Origin: Candidatus Omnitrophota bacterium
GTDB taxonomy: Bacteria; Omnitrophota; Gorgyraeia; Aquiviventales; Aquiviventaceae
Reading direction: 5' to 3'
Assembly (NCBI GenBank): GCA_016193175.1
Contig: JACPSR010000142.1
Location: forward strand, 54,332 to 118,331
Length of the DNA: 64,000 bases
The notes under the pieces were generated by a model. The model was not told where the DNA came from and did no database searches. It was given only the letters and a program-made list of their open reading frames with translations. The translations under genes were made by a program, and so were the position numbers. Shown in pieces: positions 8,123 through 16,941 of this stretch; position 1 is the stretch's first letter, and each line of letters begins with the position of its first letter.

Positions 8123-9093
8123 TGCAGGCGATGGGCGCCATCGGATCGCGCCACGTGCTGGTGACCGGGGGGACGGGCCTGGTCGGCTCCCACCTGGCCC
8201 GGCGGCTGACCGAAGCCGGGCACCGCGTGACCTTGCTGGTCCGCCCAACGTCAGACCGCAGCCGCCTGGCGGGATTCGAGTCTCGCCTGGAATGGGTCAG
8301 CGGGGATCTTCGGGATGCGGCCTCGGTGCAAGCTGCGGTTCGGCAGGCGGATCCGGAGCTGGTCTACCATTTGGCAAGCACGGCGCTGAACCAGGGCCAC
8401 GCTGGTCCGCGGGATCACGTTGAAACGATTGTCCTGGGCACGCAACATCTCTTGGAAGCGCTGAAGGACCGCCCGGGTCTGCGGATCGTGGCGGCCGGTT
8501 CCGCCGCGGAATACGGCAGTGGCACCGGCGTGCGCGAGGACCAACTGCTTCGTCCCAGCACCGTGCTGGGGGCGGCCAAAGCTGCGGCCTTCCATTTGCT
8601 GCAGGCCTATGCGCAGACCACCGGATTGCAGCCGGTGACGCTGCGGCTGTTCACGCCCTACGGGCCAGGCGAGCATCCGCGGCGCCTGATCCCATACGTC
8701 ATTGTGAGCGCGCTGGCCAAACAGGAGGTTGCGCTGACCTCGGGCGAGCAGGAGCGGGATTTTGTGTACATCGAAGATGTGGTGGACGCGTTGCTGGCGG
8801 CGACCTCGCCGTCGGTAGCCGGCGGCTCGGTCTTCAATATCGGATCGGGGCAGGGCACGCGCGTGCGCGACGTGGTCGAGCGCGTGCTCGGTTTGATGGG
8901 CAATCCGGTGCAGGCTCGCTTCGGCGCCGTTCCCACGCGGGCGGATGAGATCGTGCGCATGTCGGCCGACATCACCGCGGCGCAAGCGCAACTGGGCTGG
9001 TCGCCGCGCGTGCCGCTGGAGGAGGGGCTGCGGCGTTCGATCGCCTGGTTCGTTCAGCGCCGCCAGCCGACCGAGGCGGTGGCCGGGCGCTAA
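8122..9093 (+). CDS. NAD-dependent sugar epimerase/dehydratase/reductase (extended SDR)
   Basis: HVLVTGGTGLVGSHL Rossmann motif. TGATG junction with hddA. The in-frame ORF begins at 7930, but the N-terminal region overlaps hddA. Confidence 0.8.
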   Translation: MQAMGAIGSRHVLVTGGTGLVGSHLARRLTEAGHRVTLLVRPTSDRSRLAGFESRLEWVSGDLRDAASVQAAVRQADPELVYHLASTALNQGHAGPRDHVETIVLGTQHLLEALKDRPGLRIVAAGSAAEYGSGTGVREDQLLRPSTVLGAAKAAAFHLLQAYAQTTGLQPVTLRLFTPYGPGEHPRRLIPYVIVSALAKQEVALTSGEQERDFVYIEDVVDALLAATSPSVAGGSVFNIGSGQGTRVRDVVERVLGLMGNPVQARFGAVPTRADEIVRMSADITAAQAQLGWSPRVPLEEGLRRSIAWFVQRRQPTEAVAGR

Positions 9094-9094
9094 G

Positions 9095-10141
9095 ATGCCG
9101 GAGCAGAATCGCAAGTCGGCTTACGTGTACGACCAAGATGTCTTCCGGCCGGGAGCGCTCTTTTGCCGCCCTCATACAATCGCCTGGTTCGGTCGGATTC
9201 ACAGTGGCGGGGCGCTGGAGTTCTGTCACCAGGTGCGCTGGAACAACTGGGGATTCCGCGACGACGCACCGTATGGCCCACGGCGAACAGCGCGCGAACT
9301 CCGGATTGCTGTGCTCGGGGATTCTTTCGTGAGCAACCTCGACAGCGAGGCGGCGTGGCCAAATCTGGCGGATGGTTTGCTGAAAGCTCGCCTCGGGCCG
9401 GAAATCCGCGTGTTCAACTTAGGATTGCCCGGAGTCGGACCGGCGAACTGGATGGCGATGGAACACCTGGTGCGGGCGCTCGCGCCGGACCTGATTGTAG
9501 CGGCGTGTTATGACGGCATTCTGAAGCGACCGGCGATCCAGTTCGTTACAGACGTGCCTCGCCGGCGCTTTGTGTGCCGCTACGGCTATCCGCTGCACAG
9601 CGCGCGGCCGATCGGACTCTACGATCCGGCGTTCCGGACGCGGTGCGCTGAGGAGCGGGCGGCGGCGGTGCAGGCGCTGAATCATGCGCAGCGCGCTGCC
9701 GGGCCGACTACCTGGTCCCATGTGCGCACCTGGCTGGATCGGCGCTGGATGAATGGGCAGACCATCGGTGAGCTGAATGCGTCGCGCTTGCGGCGGATCC
9801 TTCGGTGGGCGCCCGCAGCCATGGTGGTGGGGTGTCCGTCCCAGGCCCGGTTCACGGGCGAGATCCTGGATGACGACTCCTCCCAAGCATTGGAGCGTGT
9901 GGCGGTGGCCGAACGGGTGCCATTGGTGGACCTGTACGCTGAGTTGCAGGGACGGAGTCCGGAGCAGCTCTATACCGCCAGCAGCGGTCATTGGAGCCGT
10001 TCCGGCAACCAGGCGGTGGCAGAGCGCCTCGCGGACCACTGGGAAGCATGGGCCCGGGCGCGCTGGACCGGTGCGGCGATGCGTGAAGCTACGCCATCCA
10101 TTCACGTGGATGGAGCTCCCGTCCGGGCAGCGGGACAATGA
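9095..10141 (+). CDS. SGNH/GDSL-type hydrolase or acyl-esterase family protein
   Basis: Block I IAVLGDSFV. Size and context fit a glycan O-acyl esterase/transferase. Start is the first ATG after the upstream stop. Confidence 0.55.
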   Translation: MPEQNRKSAYVYDQDVFRPGALFCRPHTIAWFGRIHSGGALEFCHQVRWNNWGFRDDAPYGPRRTARELRIAVLGDSFVSNLDSEAAWPNLADGLLKARLGPEIRVFNLGLPGVGPANWMAMEHLVRALAPDLIVAACYDGILKRPAIQFVTDVPRRRFVCRYGYPLHSARPIGLYDPAFRTRCAEERAAAVQALNHAQRAAGPTTWSHVRTWLDRRWMNGQTIGELNASRLRRILRWAPAAMVVGCPSQARFTGEILDDDSSQALERVAVAERVPLVDLYAELQGRSPEQLYTASSGHWSRSGNQAVAERLADHWEAWARARWTGAAMREATPSIHVDGAPVRAAGQ

Positions 10142-11394
10142 GCGCTGAGATGGAGGAGGTGGTGGTGGAGCCGCCTGTCGCGTGTGTCGTATGCGGCGGA
10201 ACGGCGGTGGAGTTGGTGCTCGACCTCGGGTGCACCGCACTGGCGAACAAGTTCCTTGCAACCTCTGAACTGGGGCGGCCGGAGCCGGTGTACCCGCTGC
10301 GCCTTGGGTATTGCCGCGAGTGCACGCATGTGCAGCTCCTCGACCGCGTGCCGCCCTCGGCCATGTTCACCGATTACCTCTATATGTCCTCCGCCTCTGA
10401 CACGCTGAAGGCGCACCTGTGGTCGCTGAGCGACGTCGTCCAGCGGCGCGCCCGCCTGACGGCGAGCGATTTGGTGATCGACATCGGTTGCAACGACGGC
10501 ACGCTGCTGGACGGGTTTGCGCGCTACGGCGTGCGGCTGCTGGGCGTCGATCCGGCGAAAAACCTGGCCGAGATAACCCGGTCCAAGCGCGTCGAGCGCT
10601 ACATCGGTTTTTTCAACGCGGAGACGGCCTGCGAGATTGTGCAGCGGTGGGGTCGGGCCTCGGCGGTGACCGCGACGAACACCTTCCCGCACATCCCTAA
10701 GCTGGAGGATTTTCTGACTGGCATCGAGCACGTGCTGGCGCCGGGCGGAGTGTTCGTGATCGAGGCACACTACCTGATGGATCTCCTGGACCGCTGCGCG
10801 TTCGATACGGTCTATCACGAGCATGTCTCGTACTGGGCGCTGGCACCCATGCAGCGGCTGTTTGCGCGCCATGGGATGCAGGTGGTGGACGTGGAGCGGT
10901 TGCCGATTCATCACGGGCAGCTGCGGGTGTTCGTGCAGCGGCGGGGTGAGGGAACGGTGCAGCCACGTGTGGCCGAGTTGCTGGACCTGGAGCGAGTCCG
11001 AGGGCTGAACCGGTTTGAAACGTACCAGCGCTTTGCTGGACAGGCCCAACGGATCAAGCGCGAGTTGCGCCAGACGCTGAGTCGATTGGCGGCGCAGGGC
11101 AAGCGCCTCGCCGGCTACGGGGCGCCCGCAAAAGCCAGCACGCTGCTGGGGTTTGTCGGGATCGGTCCGGAGAGGCTTGCGTACATCGCGGATAACAACC
11201 CTCTGAAACAAGGACGCTACATACCAGGCGTCCGCATCCCCGTCGTTCCGCCGGCACGGATTCTGGAGGACCCGCCGGATTATCTGTTGCTGTTGGCATG
11301 GAACTTTACAGACGAGATCATGCGGCAACAGGCGGAGTACCGAACGCGGGGCGGGAAGTTTATCATCCCCGTTCCTGAAGTGCAGTACCTGTAG
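10138..11394 (+). CDS. SAM-dependent sugar C-methyltransferase (TylCIII-like: Zn-ribbon, class I MT and C-terminal C-MT domains)
   Basis: Cys pairs CVVCGG ... CRECTHVQ, SAM motif VIDIGCNDG, and a long C-terminal domain as in NDP-hexose C-methyltransferases. Confidence 0.7.
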   Translation: MSAEMEEVVVEPPVACVVCGGTAVELVLDLGCTALANKFLATSELGRPEPVYPLRLGYCRECTHVQLLDRVPPSAMFTDYLYMSSASDTLKAHLWSLSDVVQRRARLTASDLVIDIGCNDGTLLDGFARYGVRLLGVDPAKNLAEITRSKRVERYIGFFNAETACEIVQRWGRASAVTATNTFPHIPKLEDFLTGIEHVLAPGGVFVIEAHYLMDLLDRCAFDTVYHEHVSYWALAPMQRLFARHGMQVVDVERLPIHHGQLRVFVQRRGEGTVQPRVAELLDLERVRGLNRFETYQRFAGQAQRIKRELRQTLSRLAAQGKRLAGYGAPAKASTLLGFVGIGPERLAYIADNNPLKQGRYIPGVRIPVVPPARILEDPPDYLLLLAWNFTDEIMRQQAEYRTRGGKFIIPVPEVQYL

Positions 11395-11418
11395 AGGGAG
11401 TGCGACATCGAGATCGAG

Positions 11419-12918
11419 ATGGAACGTGCAGACCACCGAGGTGAAGGTACCCTCTCGCCCCGCGAGGTTGAGATGGTCAATGCCTACGGTCCCTATCATC
11501 ATGCCGTCTGGTCTGCTGGGGGTGTGGCGATCAGCCATGAAGAACGGCTCAGCGGCCGCGGGGAGTTCTTGGTCGATCGGATTCGCGAATCCCTCCTGAA
11601 GCGTTTCACACTCGATGAGATCAAGACGTTTTCCATTCTGGACGTGGGATGCTATGACGGGTGGATCCTGCAGCAACTCAGCGAGTTACCGTTTGCCCGG
11701 TTGGTCGGCATCGAGCCGCGAGAGAAAAATCTCATGAAAGGGCAGAAGGTGAGGGAACTCCTGCGCATTCCCTCGCGCGTTGAGTTCAAAGTCGGCGACC
11801 TTGATTCGCTGGGCGAGGAGACGTTCGACGTGGTCATCTGCGCTGGGTTGCTTCATCATGTCGAATCTACGCCGGCGGCGCTGCGCCGCCTGAGGGCTGT
11901 CTGCCGGCGGTTCCTGTTTATCGAGACGATCTGTCTCTCATCCCGGCATATCACGAAGGCGCTCCAGCGCGAGATTGAGATGAAGGATGTCGTGTACTTT
12001 TATAAGCGCAAAATCTGCGGGGTGACAGGCCAGAAATGGGAGTCATCCTATTCCGATGGGTCAACTACCAGGCTCTGTGTCGTGAACATCCCGTCCTTGG
12101 AATCGCTGACGATGTATCTGGATCTCTGTGGATTTGAAGGGGTGGACATCGTGACGAATCCCGCGGAGTACCGTGCAGCCGTCTGGAGGGATCAACGGGC
12201 CTGCAACGCCGTCTGTCTTTCCGCGGTCATCCGGGCCGAACAGCCGGAAGCCGTTTCTGAGGAAGAGTCCTGGGTGCAGGGGTATGAGAGGGGGCTGGCC
12301 AGAACGATCCTGAAGAAAGCGTACGTGCAACCGCTCTATGAGATCTGGTGTCTGCGAAAGAAACGGGTCCGTCTTCCCGTGTCCTGTTGGACCACCTGGC
12401 TGTATCTCCGTTCGCCAAACCGGTGGGCGGGCCTGTGTCATTCCCTCACGGCCATCTGGTTCAAGGATCGGTATGCGCTGGAGATCGTCAAAAATCTGAG
12501 GTTTAACCCGGAAGACAAGCTCCGTCTGGAATATGGCAAAGTCCTCTGCGACGAGGGCGATACCGAGGGGGCCATCGCGGTTCTGAAGGCCGTGGTGCAG
12601 ACGCTCAACGCGGATTGGTGGTCGGTGTATCGGTCCTTTGCGCTGCTCTCGGACGCCTACGTGCGGATCGGATCGCACGAAGAAGCACAGCGGTATGCCT
12701 CGTTGTGCGCCACCTGCAACCCGAAGTTTCCGCACATCGCTCAGGCGGCACGGGGATTTCCCGAGAGCGACCGACAGGACCACGATGATGGTGCGATGTC
12801 GATGATCCCACGCCCTGCTTCGGTCCCGCCAACGGCGGGACCGTGTTTGCCCACAGCGCATCAACCCATCTTGCAAACACACGCTGCCTGCGGCAGCGGG
12901 AAGCGGGGCGTGGGATGA
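11419..12918 (+). CDS. Class I SAM-dependent methyltransferase with C-terminal helical-repeat (TPR-like) region
   Basis: ILDVGCYDGWILQQL and FDVVICAGLLHHV motifs. The last ~38 codons (12805-12918) are encoded by junction element copy 2, so the true C-terminus is uncertain. An alternative start is at 11473. Confidence 0.6.
   Translation: MERADHRGEGTLSPREVEMVNAYGPYHHAVWSAGGVAISHEERLSGRGEFLVDRIRESLLKRFTLDEIKTFSILDVGCYDGWILQQLSELPFARLVGIEPREKNLMKGQKVRELLRIPSRVEFKVGDLDSLGEETFDVVICAGLLHHVESTPAALRRLRAVCRRFLFIETICLSSRHITKALQREIEMKDVVYFYKRKICGVTGQKWESSYSDGSTTRLCVVNIPSLESLTMYLDLCGFEGVDIVTNPAEYRAAVWRDQRACNAVCLSAVIRAEQPEAVSEEESWVQGYERGLARTILKKAYVQPLYEIWCLRKKRVRLPVSCWTTWLYLRSPNRWAGLCHSLTAIWFKDRYALEIVKNLRFNPEDKLRLEYGKVLCDEGDTEGAIAVLKAVVQTLNADWWSVYRSFALLSDAYVRIGSHEEAQRYASLCATCNPKFPHIAQAARGFPESDRQDHDDGAMSMIPRPASVPPTAGPCLPTAHQPILQTHAACGSGKRGVG
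12802..12918 (+). repeat. Palindromic junction element, copy 2 (117 bp, right arm slightly degenerate)
   Basis: Left arm ATGATCCCACGCCCTG 12802-12817 and right arm GGGGCGTGGGATGA 12905-12918. Hairpins GGTCCCGCC-AAC-GGCGGGACC 12822-12842 and CGCTGCC-TGC-GGCAGCG 12882-12898. Inner stem GTGTTTGC/GCAAACAC 12843-12850/12873-12880. Confidence 0.85.
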
Positions 12919-12934
12919 GCTGCGAAGGGATCAT

Positions 12935-13837
12935 GTGACGATGCGGGTGGTGGTGACCGGATCAGAGAGCTTCATCGGTAGGGAATTGCGACGGCATGGC
13001 CAAGCGAAACAGATCGAATGGGTCGGCCTGGATACGGCCCCCGCTGACGATCCGGGGCACATCCAGATCGACATTCGCTCTCCGGAGCTTGCGGATGTCA
13101 TCCCAGAGGGGCTGGACGCGGTGGTGCACCTCGCGGCCATTTCGCGTGATCAAGATTGTCGTGCCAACCCGCAGCAGGCATTTGATGTCAACGTGTCAGG
13201 GACCCTGAACGTCATACGGGCCGCACGGGAGCGAAACGCCCGCCAATTCATCTTCGCCTCGAGTGAATGGGTGTATGGGGACGTGAGCTCCGATGCCGTC
13301 CAGACGGAAGATCAGCCCATTGCGGTGACGGGGATCCGGTCCGAGTATGCACTGTCCAAACTAGTCGGGGAGCAAGTGCTCCGCATGGCCTTCGCCCAGG
13401 GTCTCTGTCCGGTCACCGTGCTGCGGTTCGGGATTGTGTACGGCCCAAGGCCTTCCAACTGGTCGGCCGTGGAGACGCTCTTTCACGCGGTACGGACACA
13501 ACAGACCGTGACGGTGGGAAGCCTGGAGACGGCAAGACGATTCATCCATGTCTCCGACATCGCTGAGGGGATTGTGAGCGCGATCGGACAGGACGGATTC
13601 CAGATCTTCAATCTCAGCGGGGATCGGCTCATCACCCTGCGTGAAGTAATCGAGCAGAGTGCGTTGTTGCTTGATCGACGCCCCACCGTGGTAGAGCGGG
13701 CGCCGGAAGGCGTGAGCATCCGCAATCCTGATAACCGAAAGGCGAAGCACCTGCTTGGCTGGGAACCCGCCACGGATCTCCCACATGGATTGCGATCCCT
13801 GGACGAGACGCTGCAGACGACCGGTGCGCATGAGTGA
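12935..13837 (+). CDS. NAD-dependent sugar epimerase/dehydratase (SDR)
   Basis: RVVVTGSESFIGREL Rossmann motif and catalytic YALSK. GTG start at 12935 or ATG at 12941. Confidence 0.8.
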   Translation: MTMRVVVTGSESFIGRELRRHGQAKQIEWVGLDTAPADDPGHIQIDIRSPELADVIPEGLDAVVHLAAISRDQDCRANPQQAFDVNVSGTLNVIRAARERNARQFIFASSEWVYGDVSSDAVQTEDQPIAVTGIRSEYALSKLVGEQVLRMAFAQGLCPVTVLRFGIVYGPRPSNWSAVETLFHAVRTQQTVTVGSLETARRFIHVSDIAEGIVSAIGQDGFQIFNLSGDRLITLREVIEQSALLLDRRPTVVERAPEGVSIRNPDNRKAKHLLGWEPATDLPHGLRSLDETLQTTGAHE

Positions 13838-13843
13838 CCACGC

Positions 13844-14005
13844 GATCCCACGCCCTGGCACCGGTAGCGCCTCAATGACCACGAGTGAATACGCGGACAC
13901 CGCAGGCTGGTTCGGCACTGCCGAGGCCGGCCAGCAGATGAGACCAACCGGAGGAGCCGGCCAGGGCCACGCGATGCGTGGCCCGTGCCAGGGCGTGGGA
14001 TGATC
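13844..14005 (+). repeat. Palindromic junction element, copy 3 (162 bp, longest)
   Basis: Arms extend to 15 bp: CCCACGCCCTGGCAC 13847-13861 and GTGCCAGGGCGTGGG 13985-13999. Hairpin GGGCCACGC-GAT-GCGTGGCCC 13964-13984. The downstream ATG at 14000 lies in the right arm. Confidence 0.85.
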
Positions 14006-14845
14006 ACGACGCCTAAGGCCACGCGGCCGCCTCACAAGGGCTCCGTGCGGGGCCATCCCATCGAGGTTCGCAAATCCGTGTTGTCCATCCTCTACAAGAG
14101 CAAGGCCTCGCACCTGGGACCCTCCATGTCGGCGGTCGAGATGTTGCTTGCGATCTACAATTCCGTGGACCTTGATGCCATCCGTGCCAAAGATGTGCTC
14201 CGGCCTCGGGTGATCATCAGTAAAGGCCATTGCGCGGCGGCGACCTACAGCGTGATGGCCCACGTCGGGCTCATGGATTTTCGGACCCTCGAGACCTACC
14301 ATCAAGACGATTCCGCGCTGGCCGGGCATGTCAGCCATGCCGTGGAGTTCGTCGAACACTCGACGGGAGCGCTCGGCCATGGGCTGCCGGTCGCGTGTGG
14401 ATGCGCCATGGGGCTTCGGGCTCGTGGTGCCCCACAGACCCCCGTCTTTGCGCTCCTGGGTGATGGAGAACTCCAAGAGGGGGCGGTGTGGGAAGCCATC
14501 ATGTTCGCCAAGCACCACCAGCTGGCCAACCTCATCCTCCTGATCGATGACAACCGGATCAGTAGCATCACCAACACCGCAGAGGTCATCAACCTGCTGC
14601 CCCTGAAGGACCGCTTCGCCGGGTTCGGGCTTCGGGTCTATGAAGTCGATGGCCATGATGTCGAAGCGATCATTGAGGCGATTGATGACATCAAGAGGAT
14701 TCGGGAAGTCAGCGTGATTATTTGCCGGACGACGAAGGGCTACGGGGTCCCCTTCGCTGAAGGCGAGCCGATCTGGCATTACCGGACCCTGAACGAGCAG
14801 GACTACCGCGCTGCGATGGCGTATCTCGAACAGGGGCAGATCTGA
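14000..14845 (+). CDS. Transketolase, N-terminal (ThDP-binding) subunit
   Basis: SKASHLGPSMSAVEMLLAIY, GALGHGLPVACG and ThDP motif LLGDGELQEGAVWEA. Start is the ATG within the repeat arm. Confidence 0.85.
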   Translation: MITTPKATRPPHKGSVRGHPIEVRKSVLSILYKSKASHLGPSMSAVEMLLAIYNSVDLDAIRAKDVLRPRVIISKGHCAAATYSVMAHVGLMDFRTLETYHQDDSALAGHVSHAVEFVEHSTGALGHGLPVACGCAMGLRARGAPQTPVFALLGDGELQEGAVWEAIMFAKHHQLANLILLIDDNRISSITNTAEVINLLPLKDRFAGFGLRVYEVDGHDVEAIIEAIDDIKRIREVSVIICRTTKGYGVPFAEGEPIWHYRTLNEQDYRAAMAYLEQGQI

Positions 14846-15762
14846 TGCGAGGCCGCATCATGAACGCCGTCTTCGCGCGGATGCAGGCTGATGAGAACGT
14901 CTTCTTCCTCACGGCCGACATGGGAATTAATTTGGTCGAGAAGATTCAACAGGTGTTTCCATCCCGGTATCTCAATGTGGGCATTGCCGAACAGAACTTG
15001 ATCGGCATCTGTGCCGGGCTGTGCAATCTGGGCTTCCGTCCGGTGGCCTATACGATCTCGCAGTTCATCAGCCATCGCTGCTATGAGCAAATTCGCAACG
15101 ACCTGAAGCTTCACGACTATCCTATTACGCTGCTGGGAACCTCTGCGGGGTTTGATAACGCTCCGCTGGGCCCGACCCACCATATCGTGGACGACTGGGG
15201 CGCGGTCCGCACCATCCCGGGGATTGACATCTACTGTCCGTCCAGCGTCAGTTATGCGGACACGCTCGTGGACAAGATCTTGGCGCAGCCTCGTCCGGCG
15301 TATGTGCGGATTCCAAAGGGAGCCTTTGAACAACCCGCCTCGCGAGACGATACCCTGTATCTCGAGGGGGCACGCGGGGGCCCCTTGCTGATCTCGTATG
15401 GGTCAACCGTACAGACGTGCTTAGCGCTTCAGGCGCGGCATGCGGAGGTATCAGTCCTGGTGTGTAATCGGTTGCGTCCACTGCAGGCCGATCTCGTGCG
15501 GGCCGCGCTGCAGCGGCATCCCAGCGCATTCGTGGTCGAGGATCATTTCCCCAGCAGCGGCCTGTACAACATGCTATGTCAGTTCTGCATGGAGCATCGC
15601 CTCGCCTGCCAGCTGAGCAGTTTGGGCCCGCGGGAGGAGTATCACCTGAAGGTCGGGGCCTCGGCAGGCTACTATCATCGGCTCTATGGTTTTGACGAAC
15701 AAGGGATCGAGCGCGCGTTGTGGGGCCAATCACATGCTCTCATTGATTCTCCCAACCTATAA
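14845..15762 (+). CDS. Transketolase, C-terminal (pyrimidine-binding) subunit
   Basis: FFLTADMG, NVGIAEQNLIGICAGL and GPTHH motifs. TGATG junction with the N-terminal subunit. Confidence 0.85.
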   Translation: MRGRIMNAVFARMQADENVFFLTADMGINLVEKIQQVFPSRYLNVGIAEQNLIGICAGLCNLGFRPVAYTISQFISHRCYEQIRNDLKLHDYPITLLGTSAGFDNAPLGPTHHIVDDWGAVRTIPGIDIYCPSSVSYADTLVDKILAQPRPAYVRIPKGAFEQPASRDDTLYLEGARGGPLLISYGSTVQTCLALQARHAEVSVLVCNRLRPLQADLVRAALQRHPSAFVVEDHFPSSGLYNMLCQFCMEHRLACQLSSLGPREEYHLKVGASAGYYHRLYGFDEQGIERALWGQSHALIDSPNL

Positions 15763-16831
15763 TCGACCCGGGTTGCTTCGCCGGGTCCTGAGGTATTACG
15801 AGGCATGCCAATTTCCGCATCGGGTGCTCGTGGCGGACTCGAGTGACGCGCCTGCGGCGGAGGCGAACCGGCAGATCGTGGAGGCCGTCTCCCGCGCCAT
15901 GCCGGTCGAGTACCGGCGGTATGATTCCGCTCTTGAGGTGCCGATGAAACTGGCGGAAGCGCTCGAAGGGATTCAGTCGACGTACGCGGTGATCGGATCG
16001 GATGACGATTTTTTTGTTCCGAGTGCACTAGAACGAGGGGTGGCGTTTCTGGAATCGCATCCCGACTACGCCCTGGCGCATGGTGAGTCGGCGTATTTCG
16101 TCTTAGAGTCTGACAGGATCGTTTCCGGCCGGTGTGTGGGGGTGGGGCGATATCTGCAACGCACGATCGATCACGCGAGCGGCTCGGAGCGATTGGCGGC
16201 GCATCTCGCGCAATACACCACCACCTTTTATTCAGTCCATCGGACGGAGCAACTGCGCAGGAATTGGCGTCGAGTGGCTGCGCTGCCTCTCGATCATTTG
16301 TTCGACGAGTTGCTCCCGTCATGCCTGTCGCTCATCGAAGGCAAGAGTCAGAAACTCGACGAACTCTACATGGTGAGGCAAATCCACTCTGCGCAAACAG
16401 CACGGACACGGGGTTCCAGAGGCCTCGGTTGGGTGATGGGTCAACGCTGGTCAGAACACTACGCACGATTTCAGGATCTGCTGGCTGAGGAGCTGGTTGG
16501 CCAGGACAGGATCACCATGGAGGCCGCGAGGGAAGTTGCCAAACAGGCGTTCCGGCCCTATGTAGCCCGATATGTGGCCAAAGAAGTGGGGAAGTCGCGT
16601 CAGTTGCACGATAGCGTCGCCATCAGGATCGGGGCGCGAGTGCGCAGGGTGGCACGAGGGATGCCTCTGCTGCGTTGGGGCTGGCACCTGGCACGCGCGA
16701 TCAGGCCGATGTCGCGCACAGCCATCTCGCTTGAGGCGTTGCTTCGCCAGACCTCGCGCTATCACGAAGGATTTATGCCGATCTATCGAGCGGTGACGGC
16801 GCAGAACGGTCACGAGGTCGGTGCGTCATGA
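15734..16831 (+). CDS. Glycosyltransferase family 2-like protein (paralog 1 of a tandem pair)
   Basis: LILPTYNRPGLLRRVLRYY N-terminus (GT-A style) and VADSSD. C-terminal SRYHEGFMPIYRAVT is shared with the next gene. Confidence 0.5.
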   Translation: MLSLILPTYNRPGLLRRVLRYYEACQFPHRVLVADSSDAPAAEANRQIVEAVSRAMPVEYRRYDSALEVPMKLAEALEGIQSTYAVIGSDDDFFVPSALERGVAFLESHPDYALAHGESAYFVLESDRIVSGRCVGVGRYLQRTIDHASGSERLAAHLAQYTTTFYSVHRTEQLRRNWRRVAALPLDHLFDELLPSCLSLIEGKSQKLDELYMVRQIHSAQTARTRGSRGLGWVMGQRWSEHYARFQDLLAEELVGQDRITMEAAREVAKQAFRPYVARYVAKEVGKSRQLHDSVAIRIGARVRRVARGMPLLRWGWHLARAIRPMSRTAISLEALLRQTSRYHEGFMPIYRAVTAQNGHEVGAS

Positions 16832-16941
16832 TCCGCCCTAGCAGTCCCGCCGAAGGCGGGGTCGCCCGACGACCACAGGATTGCAACAGCGGGTGCGACG
16901 GCTCCACCACGGGTGGAGCCCTGCCAGGGCGTGGGATGATC
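16828..16941 (+). repeat. Palindromic junction element, copy 4 (114 bp, left arm carries a 2-nt deletion)
   Basis: Left arm ATGATCCGCCCT 16828-16839 (CA missing) and right arm CAGGGCGTGGGATGATC 16925-16941. Hairpins CCCGCC-GAA-GGCGGG 16846-16860 and GGCTCCACC-ACG-GGTGGAGCC 16900-16920. Upstream stop TGA 16829-16831 lies in the left arm; downstream ATG 16936 lies in the right arm. Confidence 0.85.
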
